Below are positions 1 to 15,322 of a stretch of DNA of 64,000 nucleotides, piece after piece. The position numbers and the translations under genes are program-made. This stretch comes from Chrysomallon squamiferum. Its lineage: Eukaryota; Animalia; Mollusca. The stretch is from contig CM022665.1 of NCBI GenBank assembly GCA_012295275.1, positions 28,396,001 through 28,460,000 of the forward strand. Direction: 5' to 3'. The notes beneath the pieces are model-generated. The model was given only the letters and a program-made list of their open reading frames with translations, did no database searches and was not told where the DNA came from. Each line of letters starts with the position of its first letter. Within the stretch, counting starts at the first letter, position 1.

Positions 1-2283
1 AGGATATGTAAATCGTGTCTACTGTTTAATGAAATATTTTCTATCACGGATGTGCACGAAAGAGAACCGAACTCGACGACAATAATACTATTTGTGTTCT
101 TTTAGTCAATGATTCGTTGTCTTCTCGTCTGGTTTCTTTTCTTTCACGATATCCTGTCTTTATTCTCCTACATCACCTGCCTGTTTCGGGGAATAAAGAA
201 GATTATTATTTGAGAGAGGATCCTGGTTTGAATCAGAGCTTAACATCAAACATACTCTTCAAACACTTTGTCATTTGTGGTGTAAGTTAAGTTCAAATCA
301 GGATGATTTACAGATAGCAAACAGGGATCTGTTTGGGATATTTGTAGCATGTTAGTGCATTTATGAATGACGCTAGTCTAAGACAGAATTCAATACAGAA
401 GTCAATGCACGCGACTTCTGCAGTTATTTAATGCTCATTCGAAATGTTAAAAATATAGATATCAAAATCATTTACTTTCTGCATCAAGAACATCAGTTAT
501 TATTACTACTACTTCTACTACTACTACTACTTCTGCTACAACTACAACTATTATTACTAATATTGCTACTACTACTACTATCATAATTATTAGAATTATT
601 CTGAGATTTGTGTCATAAAACCTTTCACATTTTGTGATTTATAATTTCTCTTTAAATATAACTTTTACCTACTATCACGACTACAGTAATGTTTGCCCGC
701 TTTTAGATATGCTAAGCTTGTGTAAATTACATATTCTAACTTCAAAGACCATACTTTATTATTGTAACACTTATTTACAAAGAAAACCACTACAATCAAC
801 GTACATTCCCAGAATTCTTTTTCTAATTTTTATTGTCCGTTACAGACTCATAAAGACAGTAATTTTTCTTCAGGGAATGAAATATTTTCAGATATAGGAC
901 TTTACGATTTGTTTTATTGCTGTGTTGCTGGGTTATACAAGGTTCCACATTACTGCCCATCTCGTTTCACTGATATATTTAAAATATATGTCAGAAATAT
1001 ATTTAGCATACATTTTTGTGGTATGGTCATGCTTCTTGAAGACTGGAGTTATAAAAGGTTCTATATTTCTACCAATTATTTATAAGCATATTTAACATAA
1101 TTATATATAAATAATAGTTTCTAGTACAGTTGTCAAGCCATCACTTTGAGACAAGAGTTCCCATTGTTTATCTAAAATATATAAAACATATATCAAGACA
1201 TTTGATATTGTTTTATCCTCGTTCGACTAACTAACCTGATAACAATACCAATAATAATATGTTTTGTGAAGACAATGCACGCTGTAATGGATGGTTATGT
1301 ATAACTGAATTAAATTAAAAATCTCTATACTCTTTATCAGCAAATATCAGTTTAGTGCTATCTAATATGCAGACATTAGGCTGTTAGATATAGTAAATGC
1401 TACTCATTATGTAACGTGTGAGATACTAATCATTTTATTTTAGTGTCAGCAGATAGTTACAAAGCTGCTATATATGACAACACAACAGCAAATACGTACA
1501 CGTTGTTACATGATAAACAAGACATTATTGACTCCTGTAATTATATTGATAACATTAGCAAATGCGTTATGTAGTAAATCTGTACTGAATGCAAATACCT
1601 ATACAGTGCAATGCAACAGAGATATCAGACCATTTATCCGGGAGGCCTAAAAAACTGGAGGTGACCAAGATTTCTTTTCTGGTTAACCGGACCTAGGCTT
1701 AATATATACTTAAAATAAACAATGAAAAGTAAAGAACGAGACTGCATGTAGACAGGCTCAAATTAATACACTTATAAGGACCGTTTTTTTTTTCTTTCTT
1801 TCTTTTTTTTTTTTTTTTTTTTTTTTGAAAGCCGGATATGTTGTCTGAGTTCTGGTTGGAACAGAAAATAGTCTATTCAGAATAACATGGAGGATTTAGC
1901 CTCCAATTATATGTCTGGCCAGGGCTCCACCATTCATCTGCTATGTTAACGTAGATTAATCTCTCTTTTGATAACATTAGTTAATGTATACAGAGCGCTA
2001 CACGTTATTATTATTCTTTATCTAAAGCTTTCCTGTTAGCAGTATGTCAAAGGCTCTGTTTTCTGTTATTAATGGGTATCTGTGGCATGTATAAATACAA
2101 CAAGCTTTTGCGCTCGTATTAGCAAATAAAAGAAAATATTTTTAAAAATCTAAACAAGTCTAATTTGTTTTCAGATGTAATGTGTAACTTAAAGAGACGT
2201 ACTATAACGGAGACGCGTTGTATTTATGTAGTTATTCTTTACCGTATTCTCAAGGACTTAATGTTTTTATTTAATTTCATAGT

Positions 2284-2286
<3 letters not shown>

Positions 2287-2372
<86 letters not shown>
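2287..2372. repeat. (CT)n microsatellite
   Basis: Perfect dinucleotide run seen directly. Confidence 0.95.
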
Positions 2373-2378
<6 letters not shown>

Positions 2379-2672
2379 AAAACGTAAATCAACATGCACA
2401 TGAACTATTAGAATATCTGAGACATGGCAGTTGCTGCTACAGATTACACATTACAAAACAAGAAATAAATGAATAACTATGCATAAATGCAAAACTAAAA
2501 ATAATGACTGCAATAAACGGATTGGAGTGTAATGAATTACCGGTTATCTGTCACTTATTAATTTACTTTTAATAACAACAACAACAACAACAACAAAAAA
2601 TATTATAATAAATTAAATGAAAATGTTTTTTAAAGTGCAGTATACACACATAGGCACATTTATACATACACA

Positions 2673-2704
<32 letters not shown>

Positions 2705-3040
2705 CGCACACATGCATACATACATACATACATATATACATACAATCATACATATAATTGTGTACGAATCTTCACACGCACAGATATACATACATAAACA
2801 TTGTCTGACAGTTTAACTTTATTTGAACTGTTTTATTTATATTTTTAAAGAATGAGTTTATTCTACAAGCAGTTAACGTTGTTAAGTAAACAGTTTAGTA
2901 CAAAGTTTTGTTTATATCATAAACAACACACCTCATTGCTGAACGTATTAATTTAGAATGCCAACTGAAACAACGCAGTTGCTACAAATAAACAGTTAAG
3001 TTTGTGGAGTGATTTATTTTAAGTGAATTGGCATAACCCG

Positions 3041-3151
<111 letters not shown>

Positions 3152-3772
3152 AGAGAGAAGAAAAGCAGATAAAAAGAAGTGAAAGTGAGAGAAAAAATTG
3201 TGTGATGGAGCAAGAAAGTTAGAAAGAGAACGATGAAGAGCAAGACTTTAAGAGAAAGAAAACAATTAGAAAGAGAGCTAAAAAAAAAAAAAAAAAGGAA
3301 TAAGTAAATTATATTCAGTTTTATTGCAGGCATACACTGAGAAAGAAAATCTCCTGTATTTAAGTTTTATATGTAGAACATGAATACACCAATTTATAGT
3401 CTGTCAGACAAACGTACATAAAAACACGATTTCGGGTTGTAGTTTTTCCTGGATTAAAGGCTTTGGAATTGCCGATTTGGTTGCAGGTGTTTTTATCATA
3501 TTCATTACATTTTATTTATTTAATTTCGCCACAGGTAGTCCTTGGCAGTATTATTATTTTACTGATTTATCGAATTCACAAGGAGGTGAACACCCTGTCT
3601 TACAGTTGATTTGTTTTTAAATTACAGCCACTATTACATTTAGTGTCTTACACTCAGATATACGTACTTAACTTAAATTGTACATTATAAAACTAATACC
3701 ACGTATTAGTTATGTTATATCATTTTCAGTTTTTTATAATATAGTGACATTCAGTTTTAAAATTATATATTT

Positions 3773-3834
<62 letters not shown>

Positions 3835-3946
3835 TTATTATTATCATTATTATTATTATATTTTTGTTGCTGTTGGTATCATCATTACTGTTATTAATGT
3901 TGTAATTTAATAAATCTATTATTACTATGTTATTTACTGCAAACTG

Positions 3947-3996
<50 letters not shown>

Positions 3997-4149
3997 GTTA
4001 TTTTGGTACTTTATTAATTAATTATCATCTTCGAACCTAAGAGATGTAAAATTATATGAATGCTTTTACAAAAGCAAAAAAAAAAAAAACAAAAATAACC
4101 CAAATAGTACCAAACAAATAAATAAATAACTAAAAATGAAAATACCAAA

Positions 4150-4730
4150 GTATTTCCTTTAGCTATATTATTGCTATGTTACTCCAAGTCGTCTTTGGGC
4201 ATTCTTGAATTCCTTTTTCTTTTGACGGTGTCCATATTAGGTCAAAATTTGGGAATGTGCTCTTGATACATTCTAAGGATACATCGTAACACTGCAGGCA
4301 TTGGTTGTTTGATTTCCAGCACTAAAATTATTTCAGCAGGTCTTCTTGTACATTTCTACATTTTGATATTTTATTGGTCTAAAATACCTGACATGTCCTT
4401 CCTTCTGGCCTCCATGCTGGAAAGCATGATCTTTTGTCCAGACCACTTTGACCACTCGTCCGAAATTTTAAATTACAGTAAAATTTGTTTGATTGTTATA
4501 AAGTCTTATCTTTGTATTTTCAAACTATCTACTTTGATTCAAAATAGTATAAAGTTTAACGAAAGCAGTGAGGAAGTTTCTTAATTTTACTTTGATACAT
4601 GTTTGGGGGGTTCCAGAGTCCTTGTTTGTGTTATATAAAAGATATTCATAAAATATTATTTGTAGCTAACTGATAGCAGAAGCCTGGAGACTAACTGTGT
4701 TAATATAGAAATGTGTCTTTTACAAGCATT
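4150..4730 (-). mobile_element. Degenerate non-LTR retrotransposon (RTE-clade LINE) 3' fragment
   Basis: Manual minus-strand translation across stops and frameshifts gives, in order, TKIRLYN, NKIS.VEMYKKT, ILRMYQEHIPK and WTP....CPKTTW...LKEI. This matches the conserved C-terminus of RTE-type ORFs (TKIRLYN...ISN..LY..T...GHVLRM...IPK.AL.WTP.GKR.RGRPKTTW...ELK). Confidence 0.75.
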
Positions 4731-4908
4731 ATCTTTTATTAACTCACAGACAAACACTCAAAAGCACTCGCAAATGTACACAGATATATGTAAAGTGTTT
4801 TTCGCGTGTATATTTATATAAAATTGTGTGTGAACGTATAGATACATTTACATACATTTACAACAAACATACACACAGACAAACACACACACAAAGGGAC
4901 ATGCATAT

Positions 4909-4977
<69 letters not shown>

Positions 4978-5547
4978 TATACATATACAGAGCTATCTTT
5001 GTGTATACATACGTATATGCAAAAACCATGTAAAAATATACATAAGGAAAAGTACAGCTGTAATTTCCTGAACATAAAGCAAAAACAGTGGACGGTGTCC
5101 CAGATAATCTGAGCGCGGAGACAAGAAGGCCAAGCACGGCATGAAATGACATAAATAAATAATTATATATTTAGTAAATTCCTCTTCTCTGACTCACAAA
5201 CCATCTCTTTTTTTTTAACATTTTATTTTTTTATCCTTTGTTTTTTGTTTTGCTAAGTTTTTTTTTTTTAGTTTTAGTTTTTTGTTTTAACTGACCCTAA
5301 ACTGATTAAATCAAAATGAACCTGGATGAATATATCTGACTAGTCCCAGACAGTTGTGATGAAGATCTAGAGAACGTCAGAGAAATGTAATTCAGAACGT
5401 TAGAGAGAATATTTTAAATGTGGATTACGATTTTCACAGATATATAAAACCATCAGTTGTTGTTTTGTTTTGTTTTTGTTTTTTCTTGTTGCTTTTTTTG
5501 TGTGTGTGTGTGTGGGGGTCTTTTTCTTTCTTTCGTTTTTCCTTTTT

Positions 5548-5578
<31 letters not shown>

Positions 5579-5637
5579 GGAGTGGAAGTCATTTTTTAAA
5601 CAAAAGAGCGATTTTTATCCTCTTCATTGAAATTATT

Positions 5638-5672
<35 letters not shown>

Positions 5673-5794
5673 TATTAACCATTTTCCTGTAGTTTTTTTT
5701 TTCTTTCTTTCTTCCGCAGATATCTTTTCTTCTTCTTTTTCTTCTTCTTCTTCTACTACTTCTCCCATAATAGCAGCACTTCTAATGGTTAAAT

Positions 5795-7240
5795 ACTAAT
5801 GCTACTGATGCTAGTACTATAACTACTACTTTTACTATTACTACTACTTTTACTATTACTACTACTTTTACTATAACTACTACTTTTACTATTACTACTA
5901 CTTTTACTATTACTACAAGCATTACTATTATTAATACTAATACCAAAATTAATACCAATCCTGCTGCTGCTTTTACTATTACTACTGCTACTACTCCTAC
6001 TGCTACTCTAATACTAGTACTCCAACTGCTACTCTAATACTACTACTACTACTCCAACTGCTACTCTAATACTACTACTACTACTACTAACTCTAATACC
6101 ACTGCTACTAATTCCAACTGCTACCTACTACTACTACTACTACTACTACTTACCTAATACTACTACTACTACAACTACTTCTACCTAATACTCACCACTA
6201 CTACTACTACTACTACTACCTAACTCTACTACCACTACTACTACTACTACTACTTCTACCTCTAATACTACTACTACTACTACTCTACTCTAATACCACT
6301 GCTACTACTACCACTCTACTACCACTACCACTACTACTACTCACTACTACTACTACTACTGCTACTACTACTACTACTACTACTACTTCTTAACTCTAAC
6401 TTAATACTACTACTACTACTACTGCTACCACTACTACTAATACCACTACTACTACTACTTCTACTCTAATACCACTGCTACTACTTCCTACCTAATACTC
6501 ACTGCTACTACTACTACTTCTACTCTAATACTACTGCTACTACTACTAACTACTACTCTAATACTACTGCTACTACAACTACTTCTACTCTAATACTACT
6601 GCTACTACTACTACTGCTACTCCTAATACTACTGCCACTACTACTACTCCACCTAATAACTGCTACTACAACCACTGCTACCTAATACTAATGCTACTAC
6701 TACTATTGCTACCTAATACCACTCACTACCACTAACTACTACTACTGCTACCTAATACTACTGCTACTACAACTATTTCTACCTAATACTCACTGCTACT
6801 ACTACTACTCCTAATACCACTGCTACTACTACTACTACTACACACTGCTACTATTGCCATTTTAATACTCTAATGCTACTATTGCTACTACTTCTACTCT
6901 AATACCACTGCTACTACTACTACTACCTACCCTATCACCACTACCACTACTACTGCTACCTAATTCCCACTGCTACCATTGCTACCTAATACCACTGCTA
7001 CCTAATACCACTGCTACCTAATACCACTGCTACTATTGCTACTCTAATACTACTGCTACTACTGCTACTCTAATACTACTGCTACTACAACTACTTCTAC
7101 TCTAATACTACTGCTACTACTACTACTTCTACTCTAATACTACTGCTACTACTACTACTGCTACTCTAATACTACTGCTACTATTGCTACTCTAATACTA
7201 CTGCTACTACTGCTACTCTAATACTACTGCTGCTACTAAT
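5795..7240. repeat. Compound (ACT)n/(GCT/AAT) cryptic trinucleotide satellite, about 1.45 kb
   Basis: ACT-based repeat with recurring higher-order units such as GCTACTCTAATACTACTGCTACTACT (26 bp). The unit length is not a multiple of 3 and there is no long ORF. Confidence 0.9.
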
Positions 7241-7714
7241 ATCCCTTAATTTATATTTTATTTTGATTTGATTTTGTATCTTATTTTAACACTTTTAAAA
7301 ATAATCTTTCTTCTTCTCGTTTTTTAATTCTTTAATTTTTAATGTTTTTTTAGTTTGTTTTGTTTTATTTTTCTTATTCTTTTTATTTTGTTTTTATCTG
7401 TTTGTGATTATTAGCAAATTTAACAATAACTGTTCTTATTCCTTTATTACTCGATTTTATCTTTCTAGTTTCCTTTATTCCTTTTTATTACTGTTACTCT
7501 TATTTTTATTCGCTTCTTTTTCATTACAGTAAATAAACGACTGACTCACTGAAAACGAATCTGCTTCTAAAACGTAGTTTAGAAGAGATCAAAGAACGAA
7601 ATATTTTATTTAACGAGTCACAAGTTATAACACACACATGTACACACACACACATACATATATGTGTGTGTGTGTGTGTGTGTGAATTTAAAAACACATC
7701 TTATTAAAACATAT

Positions 7715-7866
7715 AAGAGAAAACCGCTGCCGGCGCTCAATGGATTAATCTTTTTCGATTAGCAGCAAGGATATTTTTTTTTTATATATATAAACCACAG
7801 ACAGGAAGACATATTTAACACATTTGATAAAACTGGTTGTCACGTGAAAAAGGCCATTGGGCGCAG
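7715..7866 (+). mobile_element. SINE-like interspersed repeat fragment
   Basis: GAGAAAACCGCTG...GATTAGCAGCAAGG...CCACAGACAGGAAG...CTGG...GGCCATTGGG aligns by eye with 45385-45495, 63460-63515 and 9245-9280. It also resembles a high-copy gastropod repeat I recall (not verified by search). Confidence 0.55.
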
Positions 7867-8294
7867 AAAAAAAAAAAAAAAAAAAAAAAGGTCATAAAAC
7901 TTCCTGAAAAACCGGAAAACAATGAGAAAGACATTGTTATTCTTTATTTTTTTTTATTATTTTTTTTTTTTTTTAAGTTATTTTTATTTTTGGGATTAAA
8001 CCACAGATATTTCCTGGATGTAAATTTCACGAGAGACGCAGCTTAGGACCATGTATCAAAGTTTAGGAAATTCGTGTCACTGAAATTATTCTGTCTCACG
8101 TTCCTGGTTTTCATATATGAATTCTGCACTTTGGTGCTATATTTCTGGGGGCGTGAGAACCTTGCAGAATGTTTCAACACTGTTCTATAATCTCTTTGAA
8201 CACTGTAAATCAGTTCAGAAAACTTTTGTGTTTTTTTTCTCTCTCTCTCTCTCTCTCTTCATATTTCTTTCAGTTTTTGTCTATTCTTTTTTTT

Positions 8295-8327
<33 letters not shown>

Positions 8328-9483
8328 CTATTTATTTATTATTTTTCCTTTTTTTGCCTCTTTTTTTTTTTTTTTACAATTTCTATTATTATTATTATTA
8401 TTTTATATTAATTAATTAATTTATTTAATTGTTTTGTTCTTGTTATTATTTCTTGTTTCTTCTGTTCTGTTATTGCTATTACTACAACCACCAACCACCA
8501 TTATTATTATTATTATTTTACTGTTATTATTATTATTATTGTTATTATTATTATTACTGTTATTGTTATTATTATTTATTTAGTTAGTTATTTTATTTTT
8601 TGTTGTTTTATTATTATTATTTTATTTTATTTTATTTTATTTTATTTTATTTGTTTTTATTTTTTTTGTGTTTTTATTATTTCGTTTCAGTTTTATTTTA
8701 TTATTAAACTTTTCTGATGTCGAGTAAAACAAAAATTGCAGTTGTAAACTAATACGTGTAAACTGTATGTTTGTTTTTAATTTATTTTTATAAACCGCTA
8801 AAACCAACTGTGCCCGCTGATTCACATTCACAATTGCATAGAAAGAAAGAAAAACATAAAGAAAAAGAAAGAAGGAAAGATCACGAATGTCAGTATTTTA
8901 TTTATTCACATTTAGTTTTCAGTGTAACAACAGATACGAAAATGAAAAGTAAAATCAACTAGGCCAAAAATAAAATATTTTTAATTCATTCATTTATTTA
9001 TTTATTTATTTATTTGTTTGTTTGTTAGTTTGTTTGTTTGTTTTTACTACACACTTAAACAAAAAAGAACTGAGTTAATGTAATTAAATTTTTTTAGTAA
9101 CAAAATCACAAAAATGTTAGTTGAACATCTAAACACACGAAAAATTGAATGAATCGCTTTCGATTTTAAAACTAACGATTATTAGTTAAAAATGATTTTT
9201 ATATAATAATTGTTTTCAACAGATGCTATTCTACCTCTAAATCGTAGACTATTCTTGTCGGTTATTAGCAGCAAAAGATTATATATATATATATCAGCCT
9301 ATCAGATTTCAGTTGTTCTTTTTAACCATTATACTACAGCTTGTTATTAAAATATAGAGCAGAAAATTGGCTTCAGTGAGTCACATGTTGTAGAGTGGGT
9401 GGTAATATTTTTAATTCGGTCTGTTGACAATTACATTTGTCATCTGATTTAACTAGCAATTAATTTACTAAACATATTTCTAT

Positions 9484-9544
<61 letters not shown>

Positions 9545-10010
9545 GTATATAATTTTATTATCGTTAAATGTTACTGTTTTTTATTTCTATTTTTGTATGC
9601 GCTTTTCTCCTTTATTATTCTCGTTTTTTGTTTTATTGTTAGTTTAAAAGAAATAATTGAACAAGATTACTTTGAGTTTCTGAAATAAGCTTTTTGATTT
9701 GAAATCGCAAACTTTTCTGTTGACAGGAATAAGACAGACTTCAAATATATTCCAGATTATATTCAGAAATAAAGAAAAAAAAAAGATAAAAAAGAAAGAT
9801 AAGTTATATAAAATCTTTCATGTTATTTTCTGATGGAATTACTCTACAAGTTATATATAAAATGCATAAAGACATATACACACGCAGACAAACACAAACA
9901 GACACGCACGTACATACATACATACATACATACATACATACATACATGCATCAATACACACTTTATACCCTCATACATATTCATAAAACATTAGTTACTT
10001 CATATTCCTC

Positions 10011-10049
<39 letters not shown>

Positions 10050-10519
10050 GGGAGAAAATGACACTTTAGAAGGTGTCATTTAAATTACGTTCAGGCAGAC
10101 CTTACTCACTACATAGGTATGTGGCGTATCGTTGACTATTTTTTGTCATTGCCTGCTAACATATATTTAAATTTGTAAATGGGATTCGGTTGAGGAGATA
10201 CAGTGTGAAAAAAAAAAAAAACTCCGACTGTATTTACTAGAATTCAGTTCTTTTAACCCTGTCATTTTAAACAAACTTTTAAGTATTTTGACTGTGACTC
10301 TCGGTTTACTTTTCGGGTTAAAACGTCTAAAGTTGACTGGTATACGCTTGCTTGATTTCGTTTGAAGAATAATGACGTTTTGACGTGTTGTGCTTGTAAA
10401 AACTGTTCTGTTGTTTGTTACAATATCCAGATATCGTGTAATTTAAAACAATTCTGTTTGTTCCTACAGTTATTTTTAAATTGTTCTCTGCATGCAAATC
10501 AAACCGAAAAAGGTGAAGC

Positions 10520-10825
10520 AGTCAATATTTATTTTTGCAGAATTTTGATAAGACTAACGTACTTATTTTAGCACGTTTTTGCAAAGAATACTGTATTATT
10601 TTTGCAGAATTTTTGTAAATTATGATCTACTTATTTTAGCAATTTTTTGCAAAGACTGATATACTTACTTTTAACGAATTTTATAAAGACTGAGATAATA
10701 ATTCTTGCAAGATTTTGTGAAGAAATGGATACTACTTATTTTTGGCAGAACTTTGCAAAGACTAATGTAATATCTTTGCAGGTTTTTTTATAATGATTGA
10801 TGAACTTATTTTGGCAGAATGTTCT
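10520..10825. repeat. Degenerate ~35-bp minisatellite (TACTTATTTTNGCAGAATTTTGCAAAGACTGA-like), about 9 units
   Basis: TTATTTT(T/A)GCA and (G)CAAAGACT recur with a roughly 35-bp period. Confidence 0.7.
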
Positions 10826-11190
10826 GCTACTAATGCTTATTCTGCAAACTAAATACTAGAATCCTTTAAAAATCGTGACTAAAATTTATTAGCGCCATTC
10901 TCAAGACAACGCAAATTATTTGTGTTGTTGCTGTTTTGGTTTTTTTTGTGTTTGTTTGTTGTTGTTTTTGACTAATTGGAACAACTGATACAGGTCACCT
11001 TACACTAAATGACTTTACAGATACAAGATACTGCACTGTTCAGACACACACTGACTCTCTGTACCCGTCTTGTCGTGACACCCTGTAATGAGGAAGCTAA
11101 TTATTCACGTACGAATTGGGTTAAACTATGTTGTTGGTTGCATCAGATTTCATTTGATTTACTGTTATTCGTTGCATCAGATTTACCTTA

Positions 11191-11326
11191 TAACATGGTT
11201 ATTAACTGCAACAGTTTTACCTTGTAACATGATTATTAACTGCAACAGTTTTACCTTGTAACATGATTATTAACTGCAACAGTTTTACCTTGTAACATGA
11301 TTATTAACTGCAACAGTTTTTCCTTG
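11191..11326. repeat. 34-bp tandem repeat x4 (TAACATGATTATTAACTGCAACAGTTTTACCTTG) with degenerate flanking units
   Basis: Four near-identical units read directly. Confidence 0.95.
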
Positions 11327-12592
11327 AAATATGGTTGTTGGTTGTAAACGTTTTATCTTTGTCTATACTATCGTAATAACGTTTGATAAATAAACCTCAA
11401 ATTCGATTAAATATATTTTCAAAGTTATGCTTAAATAGTAGGTGACTGATATGTTTTAGAATAACCTGATGTTTGAATAGACCAGAAATACGTAATATAA
11501 ACATACATGCACATATGCATAGATATATATACACATACATACACACTCAAACACAAACATACATATATATACAAACATACATACATATATATATATATAT
11601 CCATGCATATATACATTCATGCACACATGCATGCATACATGCAAACACTCATACATACATATCCAAAAAAAACAACTTTTTTGACTGATTTAACCATTTC
11701 ATATTCTACAATATGCCATGCTAAAAATAAATTCATCCATTTTTCAGTCAACGTCACAGCTTGAGCTAAAGGTAAAAAAAAAATCAAAGTTTATTGTGTA
11801 TTTACAATCCACTATTAACCAGCACTGATTTGAATGAGTTTATGATTTTATTAGTTGTATAACTATACATGCAGACTCTGCTATTCAGATCTGCCTAACC
11901 GTTCAATGCTTTTCATTGCACAATCTATTCAGAATAACACACTTTAATTTTATACATGCAAACTCGAGAAGAAAAAAAAAAAAAAAAATAAAAAAAATAA
12001 AAAGAAGAAAATCTCTATATAATTGTATAGGTCAATTTTTTTTTTTTTTTATTCTTCTTTATAAATTTAAATTCCTTTGGATCTAATTATAAAGCGGGTT
12101 CACATAATAAAAAAAATATATATATTTTTAGGCCTGCACGGTTGAACGAATGAGAATTCCCAGCGAGAGATATATTTATTTTATTATTACTTTTTATATA
12201 TCCAAGGGAAATATCAGTTCATTCACGGTCAATAAACCAAAGGCAAAGATCTAAAGTAAAGGAGAAAACAGGAGCTAAATAATGCAAGTGTATTGTAATT
12301 TGGTCGTGAGTCATAGGCAGGCATTATTTTCGGGACGTGAACCCCAGAAGCTGTCAACTTAAACGGTTGTTTGTGTTTGCGGCTCTTTGCTTTCTGTGTC
12401 ATATGATAAGGTACGGGGAAACCGTAGCCCTCATTTTCTTTCCAAAGTAAATGTTAATTTAGTTCTGGAGAGCACTGATCAGAGAAAAATAAAACTGTAA
12501 TGTATTCAATACACTATGGTATTTTGGGGTTGTTGTTTTTGTGTTTTTTTGCTCTCGTTATAATGCATTAAAATAATGTTGTTGTGTTGAGC

Positions 12593-12644
<52 letters not shown>

Positions 12645-13531
12645 AACAAAGCTTGTTTCATTTATATGTAAATGTCACGGACAAAGAAAGAGTGTGTGTG
12701 TTTGTTAAAAATGTGAAGAAAGAAATGGAAAGTTTAAAATAATAATAATAACAATAATAATGATAAATAATGGCTGTTTACAGCGCTAATAGTATCATTG
12801 AAAGTAGTAAAAGTTTTAATAATTGTTTAGTTACAGAAGTAGTACTACCAGCAGCAGTAGAAATAGCTGTAGTAGTAGTAGTTGTTGTGATCCTACTAGT
12901 AGTGATCGACGTCGTTGTATCAGTTAGATATGATTGCATTATTTTCTCAGTGTCTTCTAAACTATTTGTGAAATGGGAGAAAAAGAAATATCACACGACT
13001 AACTAAAATGAACGCTTTGTACAAGATACTCAGTTAAACGTTTATACGCAACTTTTGTTTAATGATATTCCTTTTGAGGTCTGCTTTGCGACATGAGTTG
13101 TGTCTGTGTTCACTTTCTCACGTATCAGAAAGAACAAGAACAAGCACTGACAACGGCCGATTCTGCACCTAGGAACTACTGAAATGGCAAACAGCCCAGT
13201 GGGTGGACAGAAGATCATGTTTGCAACATATCTACCATAGATTCACATGTTTAAATCAGTCTTTCTTTTTATTTTACTTCTTTTTTTTTTTTTTTTCTTC
13301 AAATAAAAGTTGTACATCTTACAGGGAATGAAAAGAAAAAGAAGAAAAAGTGTAGTAGTAACCACTGAAGAATTCTGGAGAGGAAATAGTTTTAAAAAAA
13401 AAAAAAAAAACAATTTGCTTTGACCTGTTTATTTGACACAGGCAGCCTGATTTATCTGAAACTTATGCAATTCGCACATTTAAAAGAAAGAAAAACAGGT
13501 GGGTGTACCTGTTATGCAATCTGGTGCACGT

Positions 13532-13810
<279 letters not shown>

Positions 13811-14230
13811 GAAAGAAAGTGTCATAACCTCAAATGTCGCACTAAGAAAAGAAAAAAAAAATGGAAAAAAAAAATGATGTGTCAGAAATACAAACAGAAA
13901 GAAAGAGAGAACAAGATCTTCTATGAGACAATCACATCAAACTCGTAAACCACCGAGTAGACATGTCAGCCCACACGCGTCCTCCACTGCATCTGATAGG
14001 AGTGTTTGACACCCTCGTCGTCCGGCTGATTACACCCCAGATAAAACACTGACTATCGCTAACACCCATCAGCGCCGTAGGCAGACGAGAAATTCTCCCG
14101 TTTCACGTTGTTGACAATGGTTTATCTTTACAGGTAATCCTTGTTCCCACGAGATCGCTTCTACTCACTGTTCTTTGCTATATACTGAGTTGTATATGTG
14201 TGTGTATTGTGTGTGTGTGTGTGTGTGTGT

Positions 14231-14267
<37 letters not shown>

Positions 14268-14527
14268 TGTGTGTGTTTGTGTATATATATATTTTGTTAT
14301 TTATTTAACTAATTTATTTGGATATTTGAACTAACTGTGTATTATTATAGGCTATAATTATATGGTCAACTAATAAAAAAATATAACTGTAAGTATATAG
14401 TGCTACTTTTTTTTTAACGTTTTAAACTTAAATTAAAAATATTTTTAACTACTGATCTTCTTTTTTTTTTTTTTTCTCTTCCTTTTCTCGTTTTTGTGCA
14501 TGTTGGATTTTCTCTTCTTTTCTTTTG

Positions 14528-14563
<36 letters not shown>

Positions 14564-15283
14564 ACTCATTTACTTTTTGGTTAAAAAAAAAGAAATGGAT
14601 CAACCCATAAAACATAACATGTAAATTCGAAGTGTATATTTAGACTTTTCTTATCAACAAATTTACTCTTTTGAATCGGGTGAACAGCTTCTCAGGGTTC
14701 AGCTAAATCCTGTTTTTTGTTGTTTTTTTTTAAACTCGTTGCATAACAGATAGTTGTGGGATTGTTTTTCATTTTATCTTTTTTTATAACACAGGTTTAT
14801 TTTAAACGTGTCAAACTTCTGCAGCATGTTTTCAGTATTAATCTAATCACTTCTGTTCTGAATGAAATTCATACGTGACTTTGTACGCATTGCCCATCTC
14901 TCCGAGTTAGAAATAGAGAAATAAATTACGAAAAATACATAATTTATGTTGCAATCCGGTGCAGGTACCCGAGAGAGATAGAGAAATGTATTATATGACA
15001 GGATACACGCAGTACACACACAAACACACATACGTGCATAGGCACATGTACACGCCAGCACTATTAATTACTCTAATATACACATATCAGTTCACACATA
15101 TACATACACACATATATGCGTTCATACATACATAGATGCACACATAAATACACACACACAGATATGTACATACATATATACCTACAAACATGCATACATT
15201 CGTACATACGTACTACATACATAAATGCATACACATAACATACATACATATACACAAACATAAATACATACGTACACACATAA

Positions 15284-15322
<39 letters not shown>

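Noticed and set aside
1030-1215. Possible reverse-transcriptase relic (LKTGVI..., IKTFDIV resembling KAFD.V)
   Set aside because: Only two weak motifs with implausible spacing; not supportable without a search.
13100-13240. Exon-like segment after TATCAG, with short ORFs
   Set aside because: Frames close quickly, there is no recognisable homology and no good donor.
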